DNA of 64,000 nt from Mytilus trossulus. Lineage: Eukaryota. Position 1 is the first letter of the stretch, and each line of letters begins with the position of its first letter. A model generated the notes under the pieces. That model made no database searches and was not told the DNA's origin. It saw only the letters and a program-made list of their open reading frames with translations. Below, in pieces: positions 37,921-56,030 of this stretch. The stretch spans positions 27,590,001-27,654,000 of the forward strand of contig NC_086381.1 in assembly GCF_036588685.1 (NCBI RefSeq), read 5' to 3'. The translations under genes were made by a program, and so were the position numbers.

Positions 37921-38619
37921 ATTGTCAATGTGCCATATATGTTTGGCAAAGTGTCACATCCTGAATTTCTTTAATCGAAAATCTCACCTGCTTTTTCAAA
38001 TTTAAGCTCCCTACATAAAAATCAAAAGCATTAATTAGACTGTACTGAGTGAGAGTAGATTTTCAGGTGTAAATATTGCCACTTTTGTCTATAATATTAG
38101 AGAGAAATTAAAATATGTACGTCTATCTACAAATGTTTCATTTTCATCTATTGATCAACCCTAATGGATTTGTTTTAATGAACATCTAGTCGTACGTTCA
38201 ATCCTCAATAAATCAAAGTGATATTAGAGGCGAGTCTTGTCTAAAAAAAGGTGTGTTTGACAAACTATTTCAAGGTTATTACGGCGAGTACTTCCAGTTC
38301 GGCATCCTGTCAAGTAGTTCTGAAAAAAAGAAACCATTATGTTTTGAGTAAGTGGGGGGATCGAATGTAAAAATGTTGAAGTATATTCGTGCAGGTTTGT
38401 TTTATTAATTTATCTTTTATATAATGTGTATAAAAAAATCTATATATGAGATAATTTGTGAGCCCTTTATTACACCAATTGGCAAATTCATCCGATAACA
38501 AATGGACTCGGATGCATAAAGTGCAAAGTTTATTTCATTTTTGTGCATCTCTTAATTACACTCAGAAAATAAACACGGTAATCATTGTTTATACTTGTTC
38601 AAGTCAAACAACGTATTAA

Positions 38620-39003
<384 letters not shown>

Positions 39004-39033
39004 AGTCAACACTACAGAAACTTCACTTACAAC

Positions 39034-39049
39034 GGCCCTTTTCAGGGCC
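39034..39049 (+). terminator. Histone 3' stem-loop (H2A)
   Basis: GGCCCT-TTTC-AGGGCC followed by ACCAA and a purine-rich downstream element; present after every complete histone gene. Confidence 0.95.
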
Positions 39050-39447
39050 ACCAACATTTTTCAAAAAGAATCTGACTTTGTTGTGCAATCTCAAACATAG
39101 CTCACTCCCTCCATTTCTCTTGTCTTTATCTCTTTATTTTTCCTTTTCTTTATAAACAGCATACAGATGTCTACTTTCTTATTATATATATAACAATATT
39201 TGATGTGGAAAAAAAATGAAGAACAGTACGAGTTTCTTTTTTTCCCCTATAAAAGTCCAAGAAAATAAACAACTATATATAAACGTAGATTCGATGAAAA
39301 TGCGCAAGCACGAGAGGAAGAAAAACTCATAGTTGTTAGTGGTCAATATTGCATATATTTTTGGTGTAAATTTAGTTGCAGTCCTATATATTATACTATA
39401 TAAGCACACACATTACAATCTATGACCTTATTTTTATATAATATATA

Positions 39448-39503
39448 TTCGTTCGTTCGTTCGTTCGTTCGTTCGTTCGTTCGTTCGTTCGTTCGTTCGT
39501 TCG
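39448..39503. repeat. (TTCG)14 microsatellite in the H2A-H3 spacer
   Basis: Direct reading; repeated at 45061-45116. Only 3 units in array B. Confidence 0.95.
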
Positions 39504-40205
39504 TTGTCTGTCTAACTGTGATCTATGTGAATTCTTTTCTTCCTCTTCTGCTGTCACATTCTCTTAGATATATAATATATATTTTGTATTCCTATACAAA
39601 GTACTTATGCGTATGTTTATAGTTGTGTAGATTATTTTTTAGCTCAAATCCTTTGTATTTGCAAAATTCGTATATAAACAATAAAGAATACTTCAACAAT
39701 GTGCAAGTTTCCCAGTATGCGTGCAGTATACTATATAGAGAATATCATGGCTTTACATGATACAGAGACTAGAGAATACAGACACTGTATAGCTAGAGAG
39801 AACACAAAGACTATAGAGAGGATAAAAAGTGTTCTCTTTGTTTTAAGACACTGAGACGAGTGACAATTGTGTACTATAGTAAGCATGTCTATACGAGAAA
39901 CTGGCTACACACACTAAGAAAACGGCTGCATTTCTATACCACTGGCTATTGATGAAAATGGATGGATGATGTTTTTTTTTCTCTTTTTCTTCTTCTATTT
40001 TGCTCTTTAATTTACATTTCCTGTCAATTATTAATTTCGTGTCAGACTGTTGATTAAACAATTATTTATTATTTGAATAAAGATTATTATTAAGTTCTGC
40101 ATTACTCTTGATTATTATTTTTTTTGGTCTTATGTCAAATTTTCGCTGACACTATCAGAATAGAAACAAATTGTGCCAATTGTTAGCTTGGGGTGAACAA
40201 TCTTT

Positions 40206-40325
40206 AGCTTCAGTCCAAAAAGGGATCGAAAGCTGTGAAAGTAACTTCCAGATCAGTCCAATCATAATACAGAGATTTCAACCAATCAACGTGAGTTTTA
40301 TTACCCCGAAAGGCCAATCAGTGTC
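40206..40325 (+). promoter_or_regulatory. H3 promoter: upstream element plus three CCAAT boxes
   Basis: AGCTTCAGTCCAAAAAGGGATCGAAAG, then CCAATCA at ~40258, ~40282 and ~40314. Confidence 0.7.
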
Positions 40326-40348
40326 GTGTTTGCAAACATTGCGGCTAG

Positions 40349-40834
<486 letters not shown>

Positions 40835-40859
40835 ACTGACCTTTACTCTATACAATAAC

Positions 40860-40875
40860 GGCCCTTTTAAGGGCC
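40860..40875 (+). terminator. Histone 3' stem-loop (H3)
   Basis: GGCCCT-TTTA-AGGGCC ACCAA. Confidence 0.93.
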
Positions 40876-42460
40876 ACCAATATTTTCCAAAAAGAGTCTG
40901 AATATGTTGTACATCAAAATCAAAAATAGCTGAAACCCCCTCTCCACATCTTTCTTTATTTTTCTTTCTCTCCACATCTCTCTTTATTCTTCTTTCTTAT
41001 TATCTTTTTTTTTTGCACTTAAGATTAGACAAGTCAGGTTACTGTATTGATAGGAGAAAAATATAGAGAAACTTATTTCAAAACATGCAAAGAAAATAAA
41101 TAAAAGGATAAATAGAGAGAGAGACATACATATTTTTTATTTATCTAATTCTTCCAAATCCTTCGGGAAAAAACAAGAATGTTATACATTTTCTGGTATA
41201 CCCTCCTGAAAAAATTAACATACATGTATACATTTAAATAAAAAAAAAAAGGTAAGAAAAAACATACTCCAAGAACAATACAATCCATCTTCTAATTACA
41301 GAATTATTAAAATGTATTTCTTTCTAATTTCTGTGGTTATATTTTTCTCTAAATTGCATTTTTCTCGGTCTTATTTTCTCACTTATTTTTTAGATGCTTT
41401 TTGTATGTAATTTTTACTCATATTGTGTATTCTACTGTGACAACATGAGAAGATTCAATTATTTTATATTTCTGAAATATATTTTCGGTACGGGTCCAAG
41501 TAGTCCACCTTAAATTCTCATTGAAAACTTTGTCTCCATCAATTGTGTGTTACAGAAAGAACTTTTTCTTGAATACCTTTATTTTGTGCTTAAAATGCAT
41601 CTATTTTGGGTGCTCTATGTGCCTTATAAATGATGTGAACATGTGTGCGGATGAATCTTTTTTTCCCATTGGTGGAGAAAAATAGACAAGGCGCAATAAT
41701 TCATTCATTCAATGATGTACCAATTGTGGTATTTAAAAAGTGAGGCTGCACTGTGTACATTTCAAAAACCTATGACTACATGTATAAAGTAGCTGCTAAA
41801 TTTAGAAAGATTCCTAATTAGTTGTTAAAAGATGAGCATTGATTGTATACATGTAATAATAACATGTTTGAAATGTGAATTTCCCGGGACATCTTTATTG
41901 AAACTGGTAAAGGTGATTTTGAGAAAAATTATCATGCACACCTGTTTTTATTTACAAGTCTATCTGTCCATGCTTAAATAACTGACTGGTATGCTGTAGA
42001 TTAGTTTTGCTTTTACTCTCTTAAGTCTGCAGAGCTGCAGTGGACTATCTCTGAAACTGTATCTTTTGAACAAGAAAAATACTGTATAAAAAGATTTTCT
42101 TTAAACTAATTGTTTTTATATTGCAATTGCACATTGTTAACTCCTGCTTATGTATGCAGTGTGATATGTTCTTGTATTTTAAGTAAAAGGAAATAAATCT
42201 CTTTCACATTGGAAAATATAAGAAGTATTAATTGATGATGGAGATCATTAGTTATTTGGTCCATCTCTTATAATCTTTGTATTTTTATTTGTATACAGTT
42301 TGAAATATTTTATTTTCACATATTTTCAGAGAAGTGGATTGAAAGTGTACAGAATTCCTACAGAGTTACCTCCCCGATTTAGACGAAAACAACCAATCAG
42401 GTCCAACCTATCAAAAATTCAGTGGTATTTCTTTTAGGGCCGCGTTCATCAGATATATAG

Positions 42461-42826
<366 letters not shown>

Positions 42827-42854
42827 ACAGCCAGCTGAAAAATACAAATACAAC

Positions 42855-42870
42855 GGCCCTTTTCAGGGCC
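42855..42870 (+). terminator. Histone 3' stem-loop (H4)
   Basis: GGCCCTTTTCAGGGCC ACCAA. Confidence 0.93.
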
Positions 42871-43538
42871 ACCAACATTTTTCAAAAAGAATCTGCATTT
42901 GTTGTACTTAAAAAGAAAACCATAGCTTTCTCCTGTCCAACTTTCTTTACTTTCCTTTTTCTTTTATTCGTTTATTTTTTTTAATTTCTTTTCACTATTT
43001 TTATTTAAGCCTATTAAAAAAAGACCAGCAAGGCTTTGGATACAATATGATTCCTGATTTTTGAATGTAAATAACATTTTTATTCTTTATTTCATATGTA
43101 TTCTTTTATGTAAAAGATATATTGCTGATTTTTCCTCCATTGTCAAACTCTAGTTATATTGTTTTTATATCCTAAAACAATCCCCCTCCCCCTTTTTTCT
43201 CTCTGTCGACGTATGTGTGAATTTAATCTGTTCGTGATATTTTTTTATATAATGTTTCAATACATATTCAAGTATAGTTCGATTCTAGACCCCCTCCCCC
43301 CCAAAAAAAGAGGGAAGAAATGTATAACCCGTGAAAAGGTTAAATTCTGGTGTATGTATATTTTTTCAAATCGGCTAATAAAATGAAGAATAAAGAAGAG
43401 AAAAGAAGAAAGAAAGAAAGAAAGACAAAAAGACAGAATTCAGATATAAATAAATTTGTCATTTTGGGGTGGGACACAGCTTCATTTAGAAGTTTGTTAT
43501 GTACAACAATAATAAGACTCTTTTTGAAAAATATTGGT

Positions 43539-43554
43539 GGCCCTGAAAAGGGCC
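43539..43554 (-). terminator. Histone 3' stem-loop (H2B)
   Basis: Reverse complement reads GGCCCTTTTCAGGGCC ACCAA. Confidence 0.93.
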
Positions 43555-43580
43555 GTTTGTGAAGTTAAACTTCTCGTTGT

Positions 43581-43955
43581 TTACTTGCTGCTGGTGTACT
43601 TTGTGACGGCTTTGGTACCTTCACTGACAGCGTGCTTGGCCAATTCACCGGGTAGGAGCAGACGAACTGCAGTCTGGATCTCCCGAGATGTGATGGTAGA
43701 TCTCTTGTTGTAGTGAGCGAGACGGGAAGCTTCTGCAGCGATTCTCTCAAAGATATCGTTGACAAAACTGTTCATGATAGACATAGCCTTTGAGGATACT
43801 CCAGTGTCTGGGTGCACCTGTCTCAAGACTTTGTAGATGTAGATGGCATAGGATTCTCTCCTCTTCCTCCTCCTTTTCTTGTCACCGCCGGGTCTGGCAG
43901 TCTTTGCCTTTGTTACGGCCTTTTTGGCTCCTTTGGTTCCAACTTTTGGTGGCAT
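43581..43955 (-). CDS. H2B: Histone H2B
   Basis: [16 protein letters not shown]...[12 protein letters not shown]...VTKYTSSK; ATG at 43955. Confidence 0.99.
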   Translation of the reverse strand: MPPKVGTKGAKKAVTKAKTARPGGDKKRRRKRRESYAIYIYKVLRQVHPDTGVSSKAMSIMNSFVNDIFERIAAEASRLAHYNKRSTITSREIQTAVRLLLPGELAKHAVSEGTKAVTKYTSSK

Positions 43956-44616
<661 letters not shown>

Positions 44617-45961
44617 AGTCAACACTACAGAAACTTCACTTACAACGGCCCTTTTCAGGGCCACCAACATTTTTCAAAAAGAATCTGACTTTGTTGTGCA
44701 ATCTCAAACATAGCTCACTCCCTCCATTTCTCTTGTCTTTATCTCTTTATTTTTCCTTTTCTTTATAAACAGCATACAGATGTCTACTTTCTTATTATAT
44801 ATATAACAATATTTGATGTGGAAAAAAAATGAAGAACAGTACGAGTTTCTTTTTTTCCCCTATAAAAGTCCAAGAAAATAAACAACTATATATAAACGTA
44901 GATTCGATGAAAATGCGCAAGCACGAGAGGAAGAAAAACTCATAGTTGTTAGTGGTCAATATTGCATATATTTTTGGTGTAAATTTAGTTGCAGTCCTAT
45001 ATATTATACTATATAAGCACACACATTACAATCTATGACCTTATTTTTATATAATATATATTCGTTCGTTCGTTCGTTCGTTCGTTCGTTCGTTCGTTCG
45101 TTCGTTCGTTCGTTCGTTGTCTGTCTAACTGTGATCTATGTGAATTCTTTTCTTCCTCTTCTGCTGTCACATTCTCTTAGATATATAATATATATTTTGT
45201 ATTCCTATACAAAGTACTTATGCGTATGTTTATAGTTGTGTAGATTATTTTTTAGCTCAAATCCTTTGTATTTGCAAAATTCGTATATAAACAATAAAGA
45301 ATACTTCAACAATGTGCAAGTTTCCCAGTATGCGTGCAGTATACTATATAGAGAATATCATGGCTTTACATGATACAGAGACTAGAGAATACAGACACTG
45401 TATAGCTAGAGAGAACACAAAGACTATAGAGAGGATAAAAAGTGTTCTCTTTGTTTTAAGACACTGAGACGAGTGACAATTGTGTACTATAGTAAGCATG
45501 TCTATACGAGAAACTGGCTACACACACTAAGAAAACGGCTGCATTTCTATACCACTGGCTATTGATGAAAATGGATGGATGATGTTTTTTTTTCTCTTTT
45601 TCTTCTTCTATTTTGCTCTTTAATTTACATTTCCTGTCAATTATTAATTTCGTGTCAGACTGTTGATTAAACAATTATTTATTATTTGAATAAAGATTAT
45701 TATTAAGTTCTGCATTACTCTTGATTATTATTTTTTTTGGTCTTATGTCAAATTTTCGCTGACACTATCAGAATAGAAACAAATTGTGCCAATTGTTAGC
45801 TTGGGGTGAACAATCTTTAGCTTCAGTCCAAAAAGGGATCGAAAGCTGTGAAAGTAACTTCCAGATCAGTCCAATCATAATACAGAGATTTCAACCAATC
45901 AACGTGAGTTTTATTACCCCGAAAGGCCAATCAGTGTCGTGTTTGCAAACATTGCGGCTAG

Positions 45962-46447
<486 letters not shown>

Positions 46448-48073
46448 ACTGACCTTTACTCTATACAATAACGGCCCTTTTAAGGGCCACCAATATTTTC
46501 CAAAAAGAGTCTGAATATGTTGTACATCAAAATCAAAAATAGCTGAAACCCCCTCTCCACATCTTTCTTTATTTTTCTTTCTCTCCACATCTCTCTTTAT
46601 TCTTCTTTCTTATTATCTTTTTTTTTTGCACTTAAGATTAGACAAGTCAGGTTACTGTATTGATAGGAGAAAAATATAGAGAAACTTATTTCAAAACATG
46701 CAAAGAAAATAAATAAAAGGATAAATAGAGAGAGAGACATACATATTTTTTATTTATCTAATTCTTCCAAATCCTTCGGGAAAAAACAAGAATGTTATAC
46801 ATTTTCTGGTATACCCTCCTGAAAAAATTAACATACATGTATACATTTAAATAAAAAAAAAAAGGTAAGAAAAAACATACTCCAAGAACAATACAATCCA
46901 TCTTCTAATTACAGAATTATTAAAATGTATTTCTTTCTAATTTCTGTGGTTATATTTTTCTCTAAATTGCATTTTTCTCGGTCTTATTTTCTCACTTATT
47001 TTTTAGATGCTTTTTGTATGTAATTTTTACTCATATTGTGTATTCTACTGTGACAACATGAGAAGATTCAATTATTTTATATTTCTGAAATATATTTTCG
47101 GTACGGGTCCAAGTAGTCCACCTTAAATTCTCATTGAAAACTTTGTCTCCATCAATTGTGTGTTACAGAAAGAACTTTTTCTTGAATACCTTTATTTTGT
47201 GCTTAAAATGCATCTATTTTGGGTGCTCTATGTGCCTTATAAATGATGTGAACATGTGTGCGGATGAATCTTTTTTTCCCATTGGTGGAGAAAAATAGAC
47301 AAGGCGCAATAATTCATTCATTCAATGATGTACCAATTGTGGTATTTAAAAAGTGAGGCTGCACTGTGTACATTTCAAAAACCTATGACTACATGTATAA
47401 AGTAGCTGCTAAATTTAGAAAGATTCCTAATTAGTTGTTAAAAGATGAGCATTGATTGTATACATGTAATAATAACATGTTTGAAATGTGAATTTCCCGG
47501 GACATCTTTATTGAAACTGGTAAAGGTGATTTTGAGAAAAATTATCATGCACACCTGTTTTTATTTACAAGTCTATCTGTCCATGCTTAAATAACTGACT
47601 GGTATGCTGTAGATTAGTTTTGCTTTTACTCTCTTAAGTCTGCAGAGCTGCAGTGGACTATCTCTGAAACTGTATCTTTTGAACAAGAAAAATACTGTAT
47701 AAAAAGATTTTCTTTAAACTAATTGTTTTTATATTGCAATTGCACATTGTTAACTCCTGCTTATGTATGCAGTGTGATATGTTCTTGTATTTTAAGTAAA
47801 AGGAAATAAATCTCTTTCACATTGGAAAATATAAGAAGTATTAATTGATGATGGAGATCATTAGTTATTTGGTCCATCTCTTATAATCTTTGTATTTTTA
47901 TTTGTATACAGTTTGAAATATTTTATTTTCACATATTTTCAGAGAAGTGGATTGAAAGTGTACAGAATTCCTACAGAGTTACCTCCCCGATTTAGACGAA
48001 AACAACCAATCAGGTCCAACCTATCAAAAATTCAGTGGTATTTCTTTTAGGGCCGCGTTCATCAGATATATAG

Positions 48074-48439
<366 letters not shown>

Positions 48440-49191
48440 ACAGCCAGCTGAAAAATACAAATACAACGGCCCTTTTCAGGGCCACCAACATTTTTCAAAA
48501 AGAATCTGCATTTGTTGTACTTAAAAAGAAAACCATAGCTTTCTCCTGTCCAACTTTCTTTACTTTCCTTTTTCTTTATTCGTTTATTTTTTTAATTTCT
48601 TTTCACTATTTTTATTTAAGCCTATTAAAAAAAGACCAGCAAGGCTTTGGATACAATATGATTCCTGATTTTTGAATGTAAATAACATTTTTATTCTTTA
48701 TTTCATATGTATTCTTTTATGTAAAAGATATATTGCTGATTTTTCCTCCATTGTCAAACTCTAGTTATATTGTTTTTATATCCTAAAACAATCCCCCTCC
48801 CCCTTTTTTCTCTCTGTCGACGTATGTGTGAATTTAATCTGTTCGTGATATTTTTTTATATAATGTTTCAATACATATTCAAGTATAGTTCGATTCTAGA
48901 CCCCCTCCCCCCCAAAAAAAGAGGGAAGAAATGTATAACCCGTGAAAAGGTTAAATTCTGGTGTATGTATATTTTTTCAAATCGGCTAATAAAATGAAGA
49001 ATAAAGAAGAGAAAAGAAGAAAGAAAGAAAGAAAGACAAAAAGACAGAATTCAGATATAAATAAATTTGTCATTTTGGGGTGGGACACAGCTTCATTTAG
49101 AAGTTTGTTATGTACAACAATAATAAGACTCTTTTTGAAAAATATTGGTGGCCCTGAAAAGGGCCGTTTGTGAAGTTAAACTTCTCGTTGT

Positions 49192-49566
49192 TTACTTGCT
49201 GCTGGTGTACTTTGTGACGGCTTTGGTACCTTCACTGACAGCGTGCTTGGCCAATTCACCGGGTAGGAGCAGACGAACTGCAGTCTGGATCTCCCGAGAT
49301 GTGATGGTAGATCTCTTGTTGTAGTGAGCGAGACGGGAAGCTTCTGCAGCGATTCTCTCAAAGATATCGTTGACAAAACTGTTCATGATAGACATAGCCT
49401 TTGAGGATACTCCAGTGTCTGGGTGCACCTGTCTCAAGACTTTGTAGATGTAGATGGCATAGGATTCTCTCCTCTTCCTCCTCCTTTTCTTGTCACCGCC
49501 GGGTCTGGCAGTCTTTGCCTTTGTTACGGCCTTTTTGGCTCCTTTGGTTCCAACTTTTGGTGGCAT
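49192..49566 (-). CDS. H2B: Histone H2B
   Basis: Canonical 124 aa; ATG at 49566. Confidence 0.99.
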   Translation of the reverse strand: MPPKVGTKGAKKAVTKAKTARPGGDKKRRRKRRESYAIYIYKVLRQVHPDTGVSSKAMSIMNSFVNDIFERIAAEASRLAHYNKRSTITSREIQTAVRLLLPGELAKHAVSEGTKAVTKYTSSK

Positions 49567-49843
49567 TTTTGACAGATGTATACTCTCTGAAATGTAATCA
49601 GTGAATGATGGCCGTAAATAAAAATTTCTATTTATACTCGGCAAAACGGATTGAAAGTTTTTACTTAACGCGAACTTCGGAGAGAGCACCTTCTAACATT
49701 CAACCTAACTACCTGGAAGAAGCGATGATTTGATTGGTTTAGAACTGAAACATCTTTCAATCCGTTTTGCGGGTATAAATAGTAAAATACCACCTAACGG
49801 GGTAATCATTGTTTATACTTGTTCAAGTCAAACAACGTATTAA

Positions 49844-50227
<384 letters not shown>

Positions 50228-50327
50228 NNNNNNNNNNNNNNNNNNNNNNNNNNNNNNNNNNNNNNNNNNNNNNNNNNNNNNNNNNNNNNNNNNNNNNNNN
50301 NNNNNNNNNNNNNNNNNNNNNNNNNNN
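50228..50327. other. Assembly gap (100 N, unsized)
   Basis: Run of N separating the oppositely oriented arrays. Confidence 0.99.
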
Positions 50328-50382
50328 GACGTTTGGCGCCTCCTTTACCTAGACCTTTTCCTCCTTTACCTCTTCCTGACAT
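50328..50382 (-). CDS. H4: Histone H4, partial (cut by gap)
   Basis: [18 protein letters not shown] then N. Confidence 0.9.
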
Positions 50383-52072
50383 GTTGTTTGCTTTTTGAAG
50401 TTCGATAAAACGAATGACAACTATATCCAAATTATGCTATATATCTGATGAACGCGGCCCTAAAAGAAATACCACTGAATTTTTGATAGGTTGGACCTGA
50501 TTGGTTGTTTTCGTCTAAATCCGGGAGGTAACTCTGTAGGAATTCTGTACACTTTCAATCCACTTTTTGACTGAAGCTCTGAAAATATATGAAAATAAAA
50601 TATTTCAAACTGTATACAAATAAAAATACAAAGATTATAAGAGATGGACCAAATAACTAATGATCTCCATCATCAATTAATACTTCTTATATTTTCCAAT
50701 GTGAAAGAGATTTATTTCCTTTTACTTAAAATACAAGAACATATCACACTGCATACATAAGCAGGAGTTAACAATGTGCAATTGCAATATAAAAACAATT
50801 AGTTTAAAGAAAATCTTTTTATACAGTATTTTTCTTGTTCAAAAGATACAGTTTCAGAGATAGTCCACTCTGCAGACTTAAGAGAGTAAAAGAGTAAAAA
50901 CTAAACTACAGCATACCAGTCAGTTATTTAAGCATGGACAGATAGATTTGTAAATAAAAACAGGTGTGCATGATAATTTTTCTCAAAATCACCTTTACCA
51001 GTTTCAATAAAGATGTCCCGGGAAATTCACATTTCAAACATGTTATTATTACATGTATACAATCAATGCTCATCTTTTAACAACTAATTAGGAATCTTTC
51101 TAAATTTAGCAGCTACTTTATACATGTAGTCATAGGTTTTTGAAATGTACACAGTGCAGCCTCACTTTTTAAATACCACAATTGGTACATCATTGAATGA
51201 ATGAATTATTGCGCCTTGTCTATTTTTCTCCACCAATGGGAAAAAAAGATTCATCCGCACACATGTTCACATCATTTATAAGGCACATAGAGCACCCAAA
51301 ATAGATGCATTTTAAGCACAAAATAAAGGTATTCAAGAAAAACTTCTTTCTGTAACACACAATTGATGGAGACAAAGTTTTCAATGAGAATTTAAGGTGG
51401 ACTACTTGGACCCGTACCGAAAATATATTTCAGAAATATAAAATAATTGATTCTTCTCATGTTGTCACAGTAGAATACACAATATGAGTAAAAAATACAT
51501 AAAAAAAGCATCTAAAAAATAAGTGAGAAAATAAGACCGAGAAAAATGCAATTTAGAGAAAAATATAACCACAGAAATTAGAAAGAAATACATTTTAATA
51601 ATTCTGTAATTAGAAGATGGATTGTATTGTTCTTGGAGTATGTTTTTTCTTACCTTTTTTTTATTTAAATGTATACATGTATGTTAATTTTTTCAGGAGG
51701 GTATACCAGAAAATGTATAACATTCTTGTTTTTTCCGAAGGATTTGGAAGAATTAGATAAATAAAAAATATGTATGTCTCTCTATCTCTATTTATCCTTT
51801 TATTTCTCTTCTTTGCATGTTATGAAATAAGTTTCTCTATATTTTTCTTCTATCAATACAGTAACCCGACTTGTCTAATCTTAAGTGAGTGCAAAAAAAA
51901 AAGATAATAAGAAAGAAGAATAAAGAGAGATGTGGAGAGAAAGAAGAATAAAGAAAGATGTGGAGAGGGGGTTTCAGCTATATTTGATTTTGATGTACAA
52001 CATATTCAGACTCTTTTTGGAAAATATTGGTGGCCCTTAAAAGGGCCGTTATTGTATAGAGTAAAGGTCAGT

Positions 52073-52537
<465 letters not shown>

Positions 52538-53864
52538 TCAAATGTTAGTGTATTTGTGCTAGCCGCAATGTTTGCAAACACGACACTGATTGGCCTTTCG
52601 GGGTAATAAAACTCACGTTGATTGGTTGAAATCTCTGTGTTATGATTGGACTGATCTGGAAGTTACTTTCACAGCTTTCGATCCCTTTTTGGACTGAAGC
52701 TATGATTGTTCACCCCAAGCTAACAATTGGCACAATTTGTTTCTATTCTGATAGTGTCAGCGAAAATTTGACATAAGACCAAAAAAAATAATAATCAAGA
52801 GTAATGCAGAACTTAATAATAATCTTTATTCAAATAATAAATAATTGTTTAATCAACAGTCTGACACGAAATTAATAATTGACAGGAAATGTAAATTAAA
52901 GAGCAAAATAGAAGAAGAAAAAAGAGAAAAAAAACATCATCCATCCATTTTCATCAATAGCCAGTGGTATAGAAATGCAGCCGTTTTCTTAGTTTCTCGT
53001 ATAGACATGCTTACTATAGTACACAATTGTCACTCGTCTCAGTGTCTTAAAACAAAGAGAACACTTTTTATCCTCTCTATAGTCTTTGTGTTCTCTCTAG
53101 CTATACAGTCTCTGTATTCTCTAGTCTCTGTATCATGTAAAGCCATGATATTCTCTATATAGTATACTGCACGCATACTGTGAAACTTGCACATTGTTGA
53201 AGTATTCTTTATTGTTTATATACGAATTTTGCAAATACAAAGGATTTGAGCTAAAAAATAATCTACACAACTATAAACATACGCATAAGTACTTTGTATA
53301 GGAACACAAAATATATATTATATATCTAAGAGAATGTGACAGCAGAAGAGGAAGAAAAGAATTCACATAGATCACAGTTAGACAGACAACGAACGAACGA
53401 ATATATATTATATAAAAATAAGGTCATAGATTGTATTGTGTGTGCTTATATAGTATAATATATAGGACTGCAACTTAATTTACACCAAAAAAATATGCAA
53501 CATTGACCACTAACAACTATGAGTTTTTCTTCCTCTCGTGCTTGCGCATTTTCATCGAATCTACGTTATATAGTTCGTTTATTTTCTTGGACTTTTATAG
53601 GGGAAAAAAAGAAACTCGTACTGTTCTTCATTTTTTTTCCACATCAAATATTGTTATATATATAATTAGAAAGTAGACATCTGTATGCTGTTTATAAAGA
53701 AAAGGAAAAATAAAGAGATAAAGACAAGAGAAATGGAGGGAGTGAGCTATGTTTGAGATTGCTTTCTGCATTCAACTAAATTGTACAACAAAGTCAGATT
53801 CTTTTGAAAAATGTTGGTGGCCCTGAAAAGGGCCGTTGTAAGTGAAGTTTCTGTAGTGTTGACT

Positions 53865-54248
<384 letters not shown>

Positions 54249-54526
54249 TTAATACGTTGTTTGACTTGAACAAGTATAAACAATGATTATCCAGTTAGGT
54301 GGTATTTTACTATTTATACCCGCAAAACGGATTGAAAGATGTTTCAGTTCTAAACCAATCAAATCATCGCTTCTTCCAGGTAGTTAGGGTTGAATGTTAG
54401 AAGGGTGCTCTCTCCGAAGTTCGCGTTAAGTAAAAACTTTCAATCCGTTTAGCCGAGTATAAATAGAAATTTTTATTAACGGCCATCATTCACTGATTAC
54501 ATTTCAGAGAGTATACATCTTTCAAA

Positions 54527-54901
54527 ATGCCACCAAAAGTTGGAACCAAAGGAGCCAAAAAGGCCGTAACAAAGGCAAAGACTGCCAGACCCGGCGGTGA
54601 CAAGAAAAGGAGGAGGAAGAGGAGAGAATCCTATGCCATCTACATCTACAAAGTCTTGAGACAGGTTCACCCAGACACTGGAGTATCCTCAAAGGCTATG
54701 TCTATCATGAACAGTTTTGTCAACGATATCTTTGAGAGAATCGCTGCAGAAGCTTCCCGTCTCGCTCACTACAACAAGAGATCTACCATCACATCTCGGG
54801 AGATCCAGACTGCAGTTCGTCTGCTCTTACCCGGTGAATTGGCCAAGCACGCTGTCAGTGAAGGTACCAAAGCCGTCACAAAGTACACCAGCAGCAAGTA
54901 A
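54527..54901 (+). CDS. H2B: Histone H2B
   Basis: Canonical 124 aa. Confidence 0.99.
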   Translation: MPPKVGTKGAKKAVTKAKTARPGGDKKRRRKRRESYAIYIYKVLRQVHPDTGVSSKAMSIMNSFVNDIFERIAAEASRLAHYNKRSTITSREIQTAVRLLLPGELAKHAVSEGTKAVTKYTSSK

Positions 54902-55664
54902 ACAACGAGAAGTTTAACTTCACAAACGGCCCTTTTCAGGGCCACCAATATTTTTCAAAAAGAGTCTTATTATTGTTGTACATAACAAACTTCTAAATGA
55001 AGCTGTGTCCCACCCCAAAATGACAAATTTGTTTATATCTGAATTCTGTCTTTTTGTCTTTCTTTCTTTCTTTCTTTCTTTCTTTTTTTCTCTTCTTTAT
55101 TCTTCATTTTATTAGCCGATTTGAAAAAATATACATACACCAGAATTTAACCTTTTCACGGGTTATACATTTCTTCCCTCTTTTTTTTGGGGGGGGGAGG
55201 GGGTCTAGAATCGAACTATACTTGAATATGTATTGAAACATTATATAAAAAAATATCACGAACAGATTAAATTCACACATACGTCGACAGAGAGAAAAAA
55301 GGGGGAGGGGGATTGTTTTAGGATATAAAAACAATATAACTAGAGTTTGACAATGGAGAAAAATTCAGCAATATATCTTTTACATAAAAGAATATATATG
55401 AAATAAAGAATAATTTTATTTACATTAAAAAAATCAGGAATCATATTGTATCCAAAGTCTTGCTGGTCTTTTTTTAATAGGCTTAAATAAAAAAAGTGAA
55501 AAGAAATTAAAAAAAATAAACGAATAAAAGAAAAAGGAAAGTAAAGAAAGTTGGACAGGAGAAAGCTATGGTTTTCATTTTAAGTACAACAAAGGCAGAT
55601 TCTTTTTGAAATATGTTGGTGGCCCTGAAAAGGGCCGTTGTATTTGTATTTTTCAGCTGGCTGT

Positions 55665-56030
<366 letters not shown>

